From contig CAVRAI010000003.1 of assembly GCA_963718915.1 (NCBI GenBank), positions 60,001-92,000 of the forward strand: a DNA stretch of 32,000 nucleotides, given 5' to 3'. This stretch comes from an uncultured Chloroflexia bacterium (GTDB lineage: Bacteria > Chloroflexota > Ktedonobacteria > Ktedonobacterales > JADMIN01). The notes under the pieces are model-generated. The model was not told the origin of the DNA. It searched no databases and worked only from the letters and a program-made list of their open reading frames with translations. Below, piece after piece: positions 30,647 to 32,000 of the stretch; within the stretch, counting starts at the first letter, position 1, and each line of letters opens with the position of its first letter. The translations under genes and the position numbers were made by a program.

Positions 30647-32000
30647 TCACTCCTCTACATCTGGCCATCGGGGACTGGTTCGCGCCACGCGCAGAAACGC
30701 GGCGATTTTGGCGAGGTCTTTGACGCCATCGGTCTCGACGCCGCTGCTGACATCCACGCCGCGCGGGGCGACCGTCGCCAGCGCATCGGCGAGATTGGCC
30801 GGTGTCAGGCCGCCCGCCAGGATGATGGGCCAGCGCCGCGCCGCCTCCGCCGCCAGTCGCCAGTCGCCGGTCTGGCCCGTTCCGCCGTAGCCGCCGTCGT
30901 ACGCTGGCGTATCGAGCATCAGGATTGCCCCGGCCAGCGCATACTCGTCCAGCAGCGACAGGTCATCCATTGCATGCAGACGCAAGGCGCGCAGGACAGG
31001 CAACCCAGTCTCATGAGCCACCGCGGCGCATGTTTCTGGCGACTCATCGCCGCTAAGTTGGATGGCATCCAGCCCGACGGTCGCGGCGATCTCGGCGATA
31101 CGCGCTATCGGTTCGTTGACGAAGACGCCGATGGCGAGAGCGCTGGCGGCTAAAGCCGCGCCTAAGGGACCTCGCTCGTGCTCGGCCACAAAGTCCGCCT
31201 GCGCGGACTCCACAGTATTTGAGCGCGCGACTTCAACCAACTGTCGGGCGTGGTCGGGTGTGACCTGGCGGCGGCTGGGCGCGAAGACCAGCCCGAAGGC
31301 GTCGGCGCCTGACTCGACGACGGCACGCGCCTGTTCTGCCGTCTTCAAGCCGCAGATTTTGACGTAGGGAACGCCTGTCGCGCTGAAGAATTGGGCCATT
31401 GCTCCGCCGGGAGCGCTCGATAACCCGCGCGCCAATATCTCCGGTGATTCTGAGCGCATCAACGCCTCACCTACCAGAATCGCGTCGGCGCGGAAGGCAC
31501 GAGCACGGGCGGCGCCCACCACATCGCCGATGCCGCTCTCGGCGACGAAGAGTCGGCCGGCGGGAACCAGCGGGCGCAGCCGCCGCACGACATCATGGTC
31601 AACGGCGAAGGTGCGCAGATCGCGGCTGTTAACGCCGATAACACGTGCATCCGATGCCACAGCCCGTCGTGCCTCGGCAGCATTATGCGCCTCGACCAGC
31701 GCCTCCATCCCCAGCAAGCGGGTGAGCGCCAGCAGGTCCCGCAGCGTCGCGTCATCCAGCAGGGCGCAGATGAGCAGCACAGCATCAGCGCCCGCCGCGC
31801 GCGCCTCGTAGATCTGGTAGGGATCGAGCAGGAAGTCTTTACGCAACACGGGAACATCCACCGCCGCCCGCACCGCGCGCAGGTCATCGAGCGAACCACG
31901 GAAGAAGTCTGGCTCGGTCAGCACGCTGATGGCAGCAGCTCCGCCCGCCCCATAGGCTCGCGCCCGCGCCACCGGATCGAACCGCTCGGCCAGTAGCCCC
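30647..32000 (-). CDS. trpCF: Bifunctional indole-3-glycerol-phosphate synthase / phosphoribosylanthranilate isomerase (TrpC-TrpF fusion), 5' end beyond window
   Basis: The track starts at GTG 31972, but the frame stays open to 32000 (GLLAERFDPVARARAYGAGGAAAISVLTE...). TrpC motifs: VPVLRKDF, VLLI, GVNSRDL, ESGI. TrpF half: VKICGLKTAEQA...GADAFGLVF...VGVFVN...IQLSGDE...GGTGQTGDW...ILAGGLTPANL. Confidence 0.9.
   Translation of the reverse strand, partial: GLLAERFDPVARARAYGAGGAAAISVLTEPDFFRGSLDDLRAVRAAVDVPVLRKDFLLDPYQIYEARAAGADAVLLICALLDDATLRDLLALTRLLGMEALVEAHNAAEARRAVASDARVIGVNSRDLRTFAVDHDVVRRLRPLVPAGRLFVAESGIGDVVGAARARAFRADAILVGEALMRSESPEILARGLSSAPGGAMAQFFSATGVPYVKICGLKTAEQARAVVESGADAFGLVFAPSRRQVTPDHARQLVEVARSNTVESAQADFVAEHERGPLGAALAASALAIGVFVNEPIARIAEIAATVGLDAIQLSGDESPETCAAVAHETGLPVLRALRLHAMDDLSLLDEYALAGAILMLDTPAYDGGYGGTGQTGDWRLAAEAARRWPIILAGGLTPANLADALATVAPRGVDVSSGVETDGVKDLAKIAAFLRVARTSPRWPDVEE

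Overview
The window is GC-rich bacterial chromosomal DNA; high G+C was judged by eye, not computed. Class-E/F-like sortase, DUF4397/Ig-like LPXTG protein and a solo TnpB fit a monoderm Chloroflexota/Actinomycetota-type genome, but the taxon cannot be proven from this window.

Intact housekeeping genes:
- ltaE (threonine aldolase)
- a thiolase followed by a split acyl-CoA mutase large subunit with isobutyryl-CoA-mutase-type specificity residues
- a trp block on the minus strand (trpCF-trpB-[insert]-trpA)

Accessory material:
- a solo TnpB (IS200/IS605, IS1341-type) element directly after the mutase gene
- a roughly 1070-aa beta-helix/Ig-like/DUF4397 LPQTG surface-protein gene with its sortase
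- a polytopic HAMP-like membrane protein
- a 2.6-kb DinD + AbiEi/AbiEii islet bracketed by a duplicated terminator hairpin
- an orphan ABC ATPase
- nitroreductase, NmrA-like reductase, a GNAT remnant and an APH(6)-like kinase

The most unusual locus is a compact four-gene complex-I-like module at 15232-20276. It encodes NuoB, the N-terminal half of NuoI fused to a NuoE-like remnant, a divergent NuoF, and a NuoG-N-terminus/GltD fusion ending in the C-terminal half of NuoI. The peripheral-arm Fe-S wire is thus repackaged with a split NuoI and an added FAD/NAD(P)H module. No NuoC/D/H or membrane subunits lie in the window.

A second theme is gene decay. I count 10 frame disruptions, nine of them net +1, all within five accessory genes (surface protein, membrane protein, AbiEii toxin, GNAT remnant, HEAT-repeat gene between trpB and trpA). 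About 20 kb of core coding sequence is uninterrupted.

Several GC-rich palindromic intergenic repeats recur. No rRNA, tRNA or CRISPR array was recognised.
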